From the NCBI RefSeq assembly GCF_902652985.1, contig NC_047017.1, positions 26,598,001-26,662,000 of the forward strand: 64,000 bases of DNA, read 5' to 3'. Shown here in pieces: positions 1 to 14,246 of the stretch. The notes beneath the pieces are model-generated. The model ran no database searches. It was not told the origin of the DNA and worked only from the letters and a program-made list of their open reading frames with translations. The stretch's first letter is position 1. Each line of letters opens with the position of its first letter. Source of the stretch: Pecten maximus (Eukaryota). Made by a program: the position numbers and the translations under genes.

Positions 1-2401
1 AAATTTGCACATAAATTATGTTAAAAAAATATACATGATTTTAATTGTTTTTTGAGTGGCACACTTTCTGCATTTTTATAATGCAGTGTTAATTTTAGCT
101 TTAAATGATGGCACACTCCAAATAAAACCCTTGACAGTCCTTTTTTTTTTAGATCTATTGAGTGTATTATTTACTGTTATGTTTTTCTTTGTTTTTCAGA
201 TTTTTGGTATTATTGATGTAATTGGGAATATTCAATTTCCTCTTGGGAATAATAAGGCTAGAATACACTAGAAATGAGGTCGTTTTGCTCACAAAGTTAT
301 ATAGTTAGAAAAACACTGTTAACATAAACTATCATTTGAATGCTGTCGTGATGAGTTCATGAGTTTCAGACTTCTATGGTAGACCAGCCGGTGATATTAA
401 ACCTATGCTATGTTTTGCAGAGGCTCTACAATACAGTACAAAGCGCCAGTATATAATTTAGTCAGATAGTCTGATAGTATATACTACTACAGTGGAATTA
501 TTATGATTTAGCTGGGGTATGATTAATCCGAAGGTTTAAGATGATTTAACGTCTTTTAAAAATATGTTGTGCGCCTATTAACCAATGAAAATTACTTTTT
601 TAAAGACTGATACATCATAAAACATCATAAACTTTTAGTGTTACGACTTTTAGCAAGACTCGAGTTCACATGCAGTTTCCATAGAAATAATGGAACGTCA
701 TGCTGATTTACCAAAGTAAGATTCACTCATCAGTCTAAGTAAAACATACAACTATTGTATATTGAAAATATAGCGATGATATCAAATACTAAGAAAATAT
801 ATTGAAACTATAAAGTATAATCACCGCCTTGTTTTCCTTGGTCGGACATTTTTAATCCGTCTGAATCAAATGGGTGTTTGAATTAAAGGCAATTCCTTCA
901 AAGCGCCGAAACAACGGAGATAAGGTAGCGAAAAAGAATCCAAACCGACCGAGATTAAAATCCGTATTGTTAATTAACGCTGAACAATTTAAACAATTCC
1001 GAGAAAAAGTCACTCAATGTTGTTGTTTTTTGTCGATATTAAACTTCAAACGGATATCGATAAATGCAAAAAATAAACGATACAGATCGGTGCTATTTCT
1101 TATTCAATTTAGTGTTTCTAAAACTGCTTTTGACGCCCCATCCACGATATATATAACACATGTGTGTTAAGTGTTCACTAGATATCATTACATCAGTTTG
1201 ATAGACTATTTTAAATTTAAGGCAAGTGACATATCTAATTATATGCCGATTTGTTGTTGTATGTTTATATGCTAACTTTTTGTGATAAAGCATATTGTTT
1301 TTTTTCTGGTGCTTTACAGCACTAATGTTTCTCTGTTTGACATATATGTGTTACGTTAAATGAAGTGGCTTGTACACATTAAGTATCTTGAACGTATTTT
1401 AAATGACATAAATTACTGTACTCTTTACAGCGTGACAGATATCAATAGATAACTGAACTAGCTAGGTGTGCAAAGTGTAGGGTTAATATGGCAATATATT
1501 GAGCTTTAAAATATCAAATACATTTATCACATAGTCATCACTGGCTTTAAGACCCAATATAGAATGGACTTTGCCAGATAAAAGTTGAATATAAACAATA
1601 TATAATACAAAACACATTTATGTCTGTCATGTATAATATTTCTTTCTCTTAATAAAAATAAATATACTTTTACCATCGTCTACACAGAACATTGTTTTTC
1701 AGACCGCCCCTGGGCCATGTGGTTCATTGTTAGGCCTGTCATCTTTCTAGTGTCGTTATTAACTATGTCAATGGACGGACCATCGATCACATGCATATAT
1801 ACAGAGACATATATAGATACATATCTATATACGTCTCTGTATATATAGGACATCGAAGTATAATGATAGCAGTGTAGTTATGATCTAACAGACATTCTAT
1901 TTTTCCCGACCAATAATGATATTCCAATCAATCAAACGGGGGCCGTAATAGGTTAAGGAACCTAAAACTACTCTCTTCTTACCTCGGACACCCGCCATAT
2001 ACGATTAAGTCATGTTACAGATTACATGGACAAACACAACTGTGTAAGTGGGAAAACTAAACAGCACCAAAGCGAAGGGAAACATCCTCGAACACGTTAT
2101 CCAAACTTTCGGGTAAGTTCAGTCATCCATACCCTGTTCGCCCCGAACTTTTTCAAATTATCAGAAATGTTTACATTAAATAGTTTACTTTATGAATTGC
2201 TTAATTGCTAAAGATTATGAAAATGCTTTGTTTTTACCGTATATAATAATTGTACATATAGCTTCAGATTATGTTTAATACCAATCCTACGCTTGAATAT
2301 TGGTGTGGACAATTCAACTTTTTGTGTGACATCCCTGTAACTATAAAACAAATCAAAATGTCAGTGAAATGTTTTATGACCAAAACACCATGCACATGTA
2401 C

Positions 2402-2900
2402 CAAGATTCAAGATTCAAGATTTTTTATTACTCTCTGACACACTTGAGTGTGTGTAACAAGAGGTCAAACAAGTGTACAGCAATGTTACAATTATAACAT
2501 GACAATGTGAGCAGATCATATGTATGGACATAATTGTTTGTTTCTTACTTTTCCATATAATGAAGTGTGAAAATCTGGAAAATATTAATGTAGTAGAATA
2601 TTAATTGATAATAACTGGCAACTTCTACACTATAGCATGTAAATTCATACTTATAGAAAGTTATGTTTTTAATATTCACAAGTAGATAGCACCAAGCTTA
2701 ATAGATTATACAGAGATTCATTGTAATTCTTTATCTCACTAAGAATAACTTATTTGTCCTATAGACTGGTGGAAATCTGGGGAAAGTTATCGCCCCTTTG
2801 TGTACTATTATAATACACAATGTACTCATCTTCTTTACAATACAATATACCTAATGCCACTACTAAAAGTAAAGTGTACAGTAGGCTTAAGTCTATATCG
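2402..2900 (-). mobile_element. Degenerate 3' end of a non-LTR retrotransposon
   Basis: The minus strand ends aataaaaaatcttgaatcttgaatcttg, a poly(A) signal plus short tandem tail typical of LINE ends. A decayed EDEY motif lies at about 2825. The upstream extent is uncertain. Confidence 0.4.
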
Positions 2901-3114
2901 AAGCTACATGAAACATACTTGAACATTCATCGTTATGGAAAATAACTAGTGCAAGTACCTCTGGACTTTTGTACCAGCCTTGCCTTTTTCAACCCACCTA
3001 TTGTGAAACTATGTGCATATAACGCGACAGAGCGAAATATTGCTTCAGGTCGTCCTTACCATTACCTTTAGGTTTTACTGTTCAATCGCGTGCCTTCGGT
3101 TTCAACTGGTGCCA

Positions 3115-3116
<2 letters not shown>

Positions 3117-3146
<30 letters not shown>
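3117..3146. repeat. Poly-C tract (30 nt)
   Basis: Directly visible; a shorter tract lies at 17338-17351. Confidence 0.95.
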
Positions 3147-3148
<2 letters not shown>

Positions 3149-4059
3149 TAGAGACTAGAATGCGTGCAAATGATGTCGATATTGCAATAAAAAATATGAT
3201 TTTGATATCCAGCTATGTCCAATTTAAAGGAGACACCCTACCTTAAAACGAACACTTACTAACTAGCAGCTACTAAAAACAGCCATTTGTATTGTGGTTT
3301 CCAAGTAGTAATGTTAGTTGTAAATTTACAGGGTACTTGTAGTATTTTTTTTATATTTGTCAAAGATACATAAAAAGATAAAATGAAATATTTTTTTCTT
3401 AAAGAAAAAACGATGAATGAGATCAAAGTGATTTTGCAATAGTCAGTCAAATCTTTGAGTACATACGGCCCATGATAAAAGTACACCGGTACACATGTCC
3501 AGTTAAGATAAACATCTTTTAGCATAAACATATTTATTTCTTGCTGCGTGATGGAGAATTGTTTGTCCACGTATAGTGCCCGAGGTCATTTCCCTGTTTG
3601 TAAGTCAGTAAGTATTTAGAGGACATAGGTCATTTAAAGCTTTTACAAAGATTTCGGGAGTATACAATTGATTAAATACAAATACATTCTATTGTCCAAT
3701 GTCAAACTATCCTTTGTCACTCAGTTTATGTCACCTATCGAAGTACCGCATCTACAACAGGTTGGGAAGGGACTGTTGACCATTACAACATCAATACCTA
3801 CTTTCGAGGAGGCCCCTATTGTGTACGGTTTTGAATAAACATTTAGGGCGTTCACAGGTAGACGACGCTATTGCCTGGAGTCAAAGGTACAGGTTACCAA
3901 ACGATTTGGTATCGGGGACAGCTGAGACAGTAGTCAGTGCCTATATTCAGTGTTGTTTGAACCTAGGTAATCTGTAAGCTATTTCACCATTTCAGTGTAC
4001 TTTTTTCCATGTTATAGTTATATCCGTGGATATCGGGTATCAGTGTTGCTGCTACAGAC

Positions 4060-7000
4060 ATGGTCAATGATTTTAAGGGACAGACGACGGCGCCTGGGAA
4101 GACCCTTGATGAGGACGAGCGGTATGGCTGTAGAACTTTCAGGCCAACGTAAGTTTTTTCAATAGAACTGTCACGTGCTTTGGTTTTGCGTTAAATGTAA
4201 CATTGCAATATATATAACTCGGCTCGTGCATACTCTAATCGAATGTACTGCTTATCATTCAACAGGTTCTTACAAGCGTTCAATAGCATCCGATGGCACG
4301 TGTTTTGGCAGTGTGTGTTTAACTTCTTCGAGGGATTCGTTGTAAACGGTGTTATCAACGTCATCATTCCGTCCCTGGAGAAACGGTACGAGATGTCCAG
4401 CTCCCGATCCTCCATTATCGCCAGTGCTAATGATTTTGGTGCATTAGTTGTACTCATTTTCATCAGCTACTATGGGGGCCAGAGGAACAAACCGCGTATC
4501 ATGGCAGCAGGAGTGTTTCTCATGTCAATAGGGAGTCTTATATTCTCTCTACCACATTTCGTTGGCGACAAATACACGTATACCTCATCAGGTAAGGTGG
4601 ACTTTTTGGTGTCTGATTTCGGCCATCTTGCATTGTCAACCCTGCAAATACATCATTTTACTTTTGCCTCATTGGCGAGGTACTCTAAGCACGTCTGCTG
4701 TTGACTTTGTCGCACTGTCGCGCAATCGCAATGGCGAAGGCGACAACGCGAGATGGCTGATTTCAGCCACAATGCACTTTTGCTTCAGCTTGATATTGTT
4801 CAATGAGTATAAACTATGACTTCTTTAAAGAAGAGAGTGCATTGGTTACCCCGCCATTATAGAAAGAATTTATCTGCTTTATAAACTTATGTATTCGTAT
4901 TCATCATGTCCCAATTGATCAATTTATAAAATATTAAATATGACTTTTACTAAATGTGTAAATAAAGGTTGGACATTTAGAAGAGAATAATACTAATGTT
5001 TCAATTCCAAGGACGAGGGGGTGCTGGGGGTCATAAAATCGAAAATCCTGGATCCGCGCCTGGGAAAGATGGTTTTGTCATATTTCTTGAGGATATCTGC
5101 GGCTGCCTAAACAAGAAAACAAATTGAAAATGGATGCTGTTCATATCTTAATTTCACAGAAAGTAATGAAATTAATTTTCTCTAATGTATGCTCGCGATG
5201 ATCCCATGTTGTGATTGTCATTTGTGGATAGATATAAAAACATATATATAATTGGGAAATGGCTTCATATCAGTTTGAAAGCCTTTGCCCAATCCTTTTG
5301 TATATATTAATGCAAATGAAACATGTTTTAATCAAATCGAAAAAAAATATGACCGAAAGTTGAAGCTTAGTACATGTATATATCAACGGTCACGAACGCG
5401 TTACACACTGACTGCGATTTCCGATTTCTGATCCGTTAGCGAAAACAAATGTTTTAAAACTCTTTTATTTTTGTTTTAGTCCATGTTGACTTTATAAATA
5501 TGGCGTATTAACGAAAAGTCAATAACTTTCTCTACACGAGTCGAGCAAGTTACAAACTTTCGATATTATTCTCGCACATGAAAGTCACGTCAGATATAAC
5601 TTTGAATGCATCGATGAATTCGTGCAACTTACTCTCTAGAAAACGATCCCGAATGATTGCAAATTTGCTATATTCATTTTCCGCATGTGGGCTTTGCCCC
5701 CCTGAAACCCCCTACCAGGGCGCTGCCCTGGACTCGCTGGGGCCCCCAGACCCATCGCTAAAAAAAGAAAAAAAGAATTCGTCTCGCGCCTACGGCGCTC
5801 GCTTTATTACTAAATTACTGTCCCCCCCCTTTCGAAAATCCTGATCCGCGCCTGGTTGTATTACGAAAGAAAATAACTTTAAGAAGACGTATACATATAT
5901 TTAAAGAGGCTTGCCCGCAGAGAGATCAGAAACATTGGCTAATAGAAAAATATTTTTTTACACATGACAGATTGTTGGAATTGTTGAGTTTTTCATTTTA
6001 TTTTCTTTATAAAACGCTGAAAAGTGATATTAAAACCTCATTTTTAAATATTATTTATTTAATCACAACCCGCAATAAGTCTAATTCGATTGACACATCA
6101 AAGAAACAAGCACGTGCACAGTGCCGCACAGTGACAACTTCAAAGGCAGCGGCGATTTACAAAGAAGATTTGCCGTTATATTCCATACATTTCCCTCTCA
6201 GGTTGAGTTTTAAAACGTCTTTTAAATACATATTCTGTAATTGTTTTCAAGAAATAATGTCGGAAAGCCTCTAATTTTGTCACATAGAAACGTGTACTGA
6301 AGTTTATTTAGTGATCGGAGATGTGCCGTTTACCGGTCCGTCTGCGGGTAAGCCTCTTTAAAAAATGAAATAGGTGTAATTAATGAAATTGAAACAACTT
6401 TATTGCAAGTGAAAATCTCCACTTTTGGTAACTGTCAGTTAATAGTAAATTGTTTGGTGCTTTGCAGACGGATTGAATGGGACGCAAAATTTGTGTTTGA
6501 AAGACAGCAGTGACGATATTACCAATGTATGCCAAGGTGAAATACCGGACAATTCCGTATATGATGGGTACTACGCATGCTTTTTGATTGGACAAGCGTT
6601 TCTAGGAATCGGAGCTGTCCCTATGTTTACTATTGGTTTAACCTATATTGACGACAACTGTAAACCCAAAATGACGTCGTTCTTCTTAGGTATAAAATTC
6701 GGCAATCATTGGCTTTGAAAGAATAGTTATCTATGTATTATACAACATATACGTAATACCATACAATACAAACGTATATATCCTGCTGCACAAACAAGTA
6801 TATACTTCTACATAAATACTAATGAGCTGCTTGCTATTTCTTATTAAATGCTAATAAATTATGATTCTATATATATATTGCATGCTAATCTGCTTCTACG
6901 TAAATACCGATATGCTTCCACCTAAATACTAATTTGCCCCTATACAAATACTAATTAATATTATGCTTCCACATAAATACTTATATGCTTCTACCTAGAT

Positions 7001-10000
7001 GCTAATACGGTTCTGCATGAACAATCAATATATGTTTATAGAAGAATATATGCTTCTACCTAGATGCTAATACGGTTCTGCATGAACAATCAATATATGT
7101 TTATAGAAGAGTATAAATATACTTCTAAATCAGTATCGATATGCTTCTGTACAAATATTAATATTGAAAATTCTCCCCAACTGATACTATTATAATTAAA
7201 ATGCTGATCATTGGACATGAACTTATTGTATCCACATATGATAATAATTGGACATCATTATTTACACAGGTACTACTGATGATATCAATCAACTTGCATT
7301 GTCTCCTAACAGGATGCACGATGTGTTCAGCAGCCGTTGGCGTCGCCATTGGATACATAGTCGGGGGCCAGACGCTGTCGTACTTCGTAGATGCAAATAA
7401 AGTGGACCCTTCCTCGTAAGATACATACATGTATATCGATAACAGTGAGAAATAATCTTGTGACAAGGTTATATTTTACATTTTTCTATTAGTCTGATCG
7501 TCACCATTGCCCTACTACTATCTCATTTTTTAGCAAATCATCCACCAAATTGGATAAGCTTAGTCGGACACTTTCATGTTCCGCTTTTTAATAGGCACGA
7601 TCGGACGTGTAAAGGTAAAAATATGAAAAAGACTTCAATTTTTTATTTTGTTATTTATTTATTTTTGTTTTTTTTGTTTGTTGTTGTTTTTTGGAAGGGG
7701 TGGGGGAAGAAAAGCGAAACAGTCCCGTTTTAGTTTCTTAGATGACGCATTTTTGAAACAACACCATGTGTTCCATGTTCAAGCAAAAGTTTCGACTGGA
7801 TAATTAACGAAAGTCCTGCTCAACCATTATGTGTATTCACCTGCCTGACCATGTGATATAACTTGTTTGATACCTCAAACAAGATATAACCTGTTTGATA
7901 TAACTTGTTTGATATAACTTGTTTCGCAATGAGATTGTCTGTAGTTATACATTTACAGAAGAAAATCCGGTCATTGAAAAATAGGTTGTTCACCAGATAA
8001 CCAGATAAGATTAATTTCTACTACATAGAAACAGGGAATTTTAAGTATGGTTAACGAGCAAGGTTGCTAATATATATGATACAATTTATCCACAGCGTCC
8101 CCCTTACTCCGGCTGATCCGCAGTGGGTGGGAGCCTGGTGGATCGGGATTCTTGTATCTTTCCTCTCCTTCCTGCTGATCGGCCTCCCAATACTTGGATA
8201 TCCAAAACAGCTTCCAGGTTAGCACTAACGCCGTGATTTAATCAGTTTGGTAAATTGTAGATATTTGATCATCATTTTGGAGGTACATGAAATGCATGAT
8301 CTGGTACCACTGGTAATAAGATTTTAGTCAAAAACAGAAGTTCTTGAAGTGAAGAGTTTAGTTTCTATGTTATTTACTAAAGGCTTCGTTTTCATAATTT
8401 AATCATTTGTAGGCTATACTCAGCTACAGAAACTACGCAAATTGGAGGCTCACAACGTGGGCGACGACGAGGTGACCACCAGACCAAATTTTGGAAAATC
8501 CTGGAGAGACTTCCCAAGGTCATTCGTGTTATTGGTAAGCCTCATTCAAGTGTACATATATTTTTATTTGAAAATGATGATTATTTTGATAAAATAGAAG
8601 AAAACAATATGTGTATATAAGCATTATTATCAATACTTTTTAATATATCATTATTATTTTCCAGATTAAGAATCCGGCGTTTCTGTTTGTATGCCTGGCT
8701 TCCACTACAGAAGCTCTCTTTGTAGGTGGACTAGCGACATTTGGATCCAAACTACTACAAGAAATGTATCATGTTGATCTCACTAGTGCCGGGCTTATAA
8801 TGGGTGGGTGAGATTCTCACGAAAAAAGTTATATTAGCAATAAACCCAAGCTTGTTTTTCTACTGAAATATGTCACATCATGCTTGTTTAATTTGATTTC
8901 AGCATGTATTTTTATCATTTACTGCAATAGCTTAATGCAATGCTATCATGGGGTTATTGTCTAACTGGCAGGCTTAATAACCATTCCCGGATCTGGTGGG
9001 GGAATGTTCCTTGGTGGATATCTTGTGAAAAGGTTCCGTTGGGAATTCAGGGGAATTGTCCGCTTCTGTGGAACCTGTATGTTTGTATGCATGTTGTTCG
9101 CGCCGACATTCATTGCAAACTGTCCTAGTCGACCATTAGCTGGAATAACCGGAAACTACAAATATGAGAGGTGAGATAAAAGTAATAGAAAAAAGGAGTC
9201 ATATATGGAGGGAATTTCGACTTCTGGATGTTAAATATGACGTCTGATAATTTTTACTTTTATATTATTTGCTGATTTTTTTTACCTTTAAAGCTCTGAA
9301 AATATCAACTCCGAGATAGAAACATTTTTCATGCGCTGATCTTCTGAACTGGAAAAGAAAGAAAGTGTCAAAAACACATTTGCCAAACATTGTTACATAT
9401 TTGGAATAACGTTTTATTGCTACCGAGACGCTTGCCAACTTGATTATTTCTATTCGTACACATGCAAACTTTAAAATGTGAAACTGCGTTTGCAGGTGAT
9501 ATTCAAAGGTCACTCATGATATATATTTGATTATAAAAGACGAGGACCGCCGGCGCAAAGTCGGAACTTGATGGAAATCGGTATATTTTCCATACCTTAA
9601 GGTTTGATAAAGAAATCACAAACTGTGTTGGGGTGAAATATCTTGAATATCTATCTCTCGGTGGAGCCTCGGACTGGACAGTACATAATCGCACCCTGCG
9701 TGTTAAGATTTCGTTTTCACACTCTAAGGTAGGAACATTCAACTTCATAACATATCATGTAAGATGCTAAAAAGGGCAACTTGAATATCCCAATAACCGC
9801 TGTAATGTATGCATGACAAAGAGGTCACCATTTTCCCTTGCTTCCATGGAATTAACATCTGTATTATTTAGCGTCCAAACTGGACTGTCAGCTGAGTGTA
9901 ACCAGGACTGTCACTGTACCACCTCGGGATACGAACCTGTCTGTGATGGTAACCATACCGTCTACTTTACGCCCTGTCATGCCGGTTGTACGACCGTCAA

Positions 10001-11902
10001 CGTCAACGGTGACGCCAAGGTATGCATGCGCTGCTAATATTTGAATCGTTATGTATTTGAAATCTTTATTATAGTAAAATTTCCTTTGGCGCTGTCTGTT
10101 GGTATTATATATGTTTTCAGGAGTACGGCAACTGTAGCTGTATATCGGGAGGGACAAATGCTCAAGATGATTTACAGAGAGACGCTATAGGAGGCTTGTG
10201 TGTGGATCAGTGTCCTTGGTTCTACGTATTCTGTTTACTCTTATTGTGTATCATGTTGTTCACTTTCATGACCGTACCTTCCTTAACGACATCTACCTTT
10301 AGGTGAGTCATCCATATATCCTTACTCGTTCATTTGATTTAAAGGTAATGTTTTTTATTAGGAGTGAAATATGATATATGGCGAATTACTTATAGATTAA
10401 TTACTGTTGAAAATAATGTTAAGGAAATAATCAAGTCACAAGGTACGACACAAGGTTTATGTAATGCTTAATTTTTTTCATAAATTGCATAAAATCTCGC
10501 TTATTGAGGATTGTAGTAGACGAAGCTTACTCTTCCCGAAACATCTGGTCTTATTCTTGTACCTTTTAAGGGTCATCATTTTTGTTCATACTTTGTCGTC
10601 GGTTTATCGAGTCAAAATTTCGTTACTATGTCGGTATTCTTGTATATTCAGCTAAGATTGCTGCATTATAGTAATATAATTTAAAACACGATGACGTAAA
10701 CGTTTCACTTGTATTTGCAACGTCTACTACCTACTGGCCGCAATAGGCAAGACATTAGAATATCTGACAATGTAACCTCGGGTAATGACCCGAAGTGAGA
10801 GTTGAATCCACATATTCCCCAGTTGTTGTTGCCCAGATTATAACTGTCGTGCACTGCTGATGGTGTGTCCTTTGGTAAGAAGACACTTTACCGCAATTAC
10901 TCTAGATATTACGCAGAGAGCTTTGATCCCATATGTTGTTGAGTGAGGTAGTCAGCCCCCAGCTGTGGCAAGGTGAATTCACTTCACAAGAACTCTGTCT
11001 GTTCACAGAGCGATGGATCCAAGAAAGAAAACATGTATTAAGTCCTGTAATTAACCAATCTATTTCATCGCCCATAATAATTATTCTCATTTTAGACTTA
11101 TTTGATTTTTTAATTCTGACATTTTGTTAATCAACAGATGTGTTGCGTCACAACAGAGATCCCTCGCCCTCGGAGTGCAGTTGCTAGTCACTAGACTTTT
11201 AGGTAAAGAACATTTCTGTTCAATCATATATTGTATGTAAAAATAATAGTTCTCGGAGTCAAAGATATGTTATTTTCATTTAAATATCAACCTTGTTAAC
11301 CAAAATTTAATGGTCTTGACGCTAACTGCAGGACGATTGGTACACTTTTCGGCGCTTCTTCAGGAATCTTAACCAATCAGGAGACCGCTTTCTTCAGGAT
11401 TTCGGTTCTACTATTTCTAATAACGGCGGACTTGTTAAAACATTTGATTGATATAGTGGTATTTGATTGGTTGCTATGGTAAGATTTAAAACGTTTTCTG
11501 TACCAATCGTCACACGGTTCTGTCCGCGAGCGTCAGAACAGTGGATTACCAACGATATTCAAATTTGTACTGTTTGACGAATTGACAAAAACATGGTAAA
11601 TGGTATCACATTTTTTATCAGGAACGACGCCTGGACCAATATTACTAGGAGCATTAATAGACAGCACATGCTCCGTGTGGCAGGAAACTTGTGGACAAAC
11701 CGGATCCTGTTGGACATATCGGAAGTCTGATCTGAGCCTGCGTCTCATGGCTTGGATGGCAACACTGAAGATTATGGGTGTTATATTCACTTTAATTGCT
11801 TACAACATGTATAAGTCTCCCGCAGCTGACAAATTTGACGAAATTCCGTCTATCGCTGCAAATGTTGATAAAAACAAAATAAATCATTCCACCAAGCTAT
11901 AA
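4060..11902 (+). CDS. Organic anion transporting polypeptide (OATP/SLCO family), tandem copy 1; 12 coding exons, about 665 aa
   Basis: Exons with GT-AG boundaries and continuous frame: 4060-4148, 4266-4591, 6468-6689, 7313-7415, 8096-8217, 8413-8534, 8665-8803, 8972-9170, 9872-10019, 10121-10302, 11138-11202, 11622-11902 (1998 nt). The translation has LEKRY, the OATP signature [17 protein letters not shown], a Kazal-like Cys loop ([21 protein letters not shown]), [23 protein letters not shown] and a C-terminal STKL. The subfamily cannot be fixed without a tree. Confidence 0.93.
4607..4772. mobile_element. Short MITE-like inverted repeat just downstream of OATP copy 1 exon 2
   Basis: tcggccatcttgcattgtc pairs imperfectly with gacaacgcgagatggctga. 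Confidence 0.5.
5680..5853 (+). repeat. Fragment of an interspersed repeat ending aaatcctg(g)atccgcgcctg; a second terminus lies at 5043-5062
   Basis: The same ~20-bp terminus occurs twice within 800 bp, and the body is GC-rich in an AT-rich intron. Confidence 0.5.
5905..6357. mobile_element. MITE with TTAA target-site duplication (Kolobok- or piggyBac-type, non-autonomous) in OATP copy 1 intron 2
   Basis: 17-bp TIRs agaggcttgcccgcaga / tctgcgggtaagcctct (1 mismatch), with TTAA at 5901-5904 and 6358-6361. Confidence 0.85.
6790..7160. repeat. Degenerate ~22-bp intronic minisatellite containing an exact 64-bp duplication (6982-7045 / 7047-7110)
   Basis: Recurrent atatgcttctac.taaatacta units. 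The duplicated block was read directly. Confidence 0.8.
11332..11511. mobile_element. Small MITE-like element in the last intron of OATP copy 1
   Basis: Perfect 13-bp inverted repeat gacgattggtaca / tgtaccaatcgtc, plus an internal aaccaatca / tgattggtt pair. Confidence 0.55.
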
Positions 11903-14246
11903 CACCCTGGAGATAAATTTGAATGCCTAGTTAGGAAAGGGAAGGGAATTAATCATTTCTTGTTTTAACTTTGTCTTTTTTACCTCAACCTCATACACTC
12001 ATCAATATAAAATTTAATATAAAATAAATACATGTAGTCAAATGGTGTGTATTGTTTTTGTTTTCGATTGATTTTGTTTTTATTTGATTATTTTAATCAT
12101 CTTTTCAATTAAAGTGATTCTTAATTGATTTTATGAAATACACATTTGATTTCAATGTTGAAATATGATTTTAGTTGTAGAGATCAATGCATTCAAGCAA
12201 CTGCTTCATGTTTTTTTGCGAGTTGAAATATGATTTTATGCATCAAGCAACTGCTTCAAGTTTCCTGCTTCTAGGAATTTTTAGTAATAGTAAAGAGTAA
12301 CATTCGTAATAGTAGAGACTAAATTGCAAGAAAAGATTTCAATGCCATTAGTAAATATCATACGATGAACAGGTAACTAAATAGTGGTTTAGGAATTTTT
12401 CTGTCTGACTAGACCTAGAAGGACAGCTGTTGGATGCAATTTGTTATTGTTTTAGACGTATACTGCATATAACTGAATTCATTTTAAGGTGGTATTCACC
12501 GATTAACGATATTAAAGGATATATTGATTAAAATACTATCTGATATAATTTGAATGCGACAAACAAGTAACCAAATTAACCGAGTATTGAGTACAGCCTA
12601 AAGATATTGCACTCTACTACAGTATATTAAACTCTACTATTTAATACGGGAGATGGAAAGTGGTTTTTTTGTTTTGTTTTTTTAACCCAAGCTTAATTTA
12701 TTTTTCAACAATTGACAAATAAGTATTAAACGCTATACTCTTTAATACAGGAAATAGAAGGCGTGTTCTTGAAAGTAAAATGAAAAAAAATCATTTTACA
12801 ACAAGTGGTAAACAAGTACATATCATAAATAACAACCATGCGTATTGGTCCGGATGGAAGCGCACTGAGGATCTTGCCGTGGGAGGAAAGCGCCTAGGTA
12901 CAAGGCAAGTGTGTTAACTCTGTGCCACCCGACCACCAATTTTCACCCAATTTCTTGAAATTACTACTGCTTATCTTGAAGATTTACTTTTGATGAGAGT
13001 AATCTAATGATATAAGATCATTTCTATATGGACACTTATAGTACTCACAAAATTTTAAGATATCTGTATAAATCTGCAATTAGTTCGTTACTGAATCCTA
13101 ATGTAAAACACTGTATACATGACCATTTTCTTCTATAAACGTATTCCTTCGTAATTTTACTGTAACACGAGTGAGCTCTATCCGTGACTTAACTGCAAAT
13201 ACGTTATCAATAGACCTAATCAATGCCACACATGTTTCAATGACAACACAAGTAACCACATGCGGATAAGGTAACGATTCATCATATATTTCAACATATC
13301 GTGATGGAAAAAAATTGTTTATGACTCATCAAGTAGTGATTTAGTTTGTCTGTTAATTATCATATCGTTTCATTATTTAGTTAATGCTTGTTGAAATATG
13401 TATAGGTTTTATCGTTTGTTACATTTATCACTGTATATTGCCTCATATATTGTATTGTGCATAGTGCCTATCACTTATCGAGTTATATTGGATTTGCATT
13501 TTACTTATTATAAATTATATTGGTTATCCATGCTGTGTTGAAGCAGTTCCGAAATAATTGTTTATTTTCACGATAAATACCACAGGTAGGATTAAAGAAC
13601 ATTATGATAAATTTCCTGCAAATGGCTTTAAATCATATCATATTAAATGATACCTTCACTACCAAAACACATGCATATATATACATTGTAATTGCACTAT
13701 CTTTGCATTAATTAATTACACCAATAACAGAAGAAAAAACATGGAAATGTTAACTCACAAATAGGACAAAGAGTAAACCAGGAATCAGGTACATGTAGTA
13801 TGTTGTTTGCATTATACATATTAAACCCTGTTCTTATCGTTATATTCTTATAAAAAAAACACTATTCATTTTTAAGGTCAAGTGTCAAATATCTTAAATA
13901 CAGTCATGGAGCATAAAACATGCTTTTGATTTAGCGCAAGAAACAATGGTTATTGAAACGTGCTCATAGGGCAATGCACTCTGGATATCTAGAAAAACGG
14001 TTTACATGTATTTCCTTATTGCTCGGTATTATCACTTCAGTCACTAAGTAGATGGAATCGTAAAACTAGATAAGGCTGTGTCTCTACCTATCTTATCTGA
14101 TCTTGTCACTTAAAGCTCGTTTCACAAAAGATGATAACAATATCACGCAAACGCTGTAAACAAGCAGTTAAGATTGTAATTCACAAGTACCACCAGGACA
14201 GGGGACCTTGTTTACAGTTACCTGTGAACGATACGTCACTACCAAA

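Noticed and set aside
3013-3246. Poly-proline ORF
   Set aside because: It arises from the 30-nt poly-C tract, with no splice or homology support.
4191-4463. Duplicated minus-strand ORF (also 15040-15243)
   Set aside because: It is the antisense shadow of the converted OATP exon.
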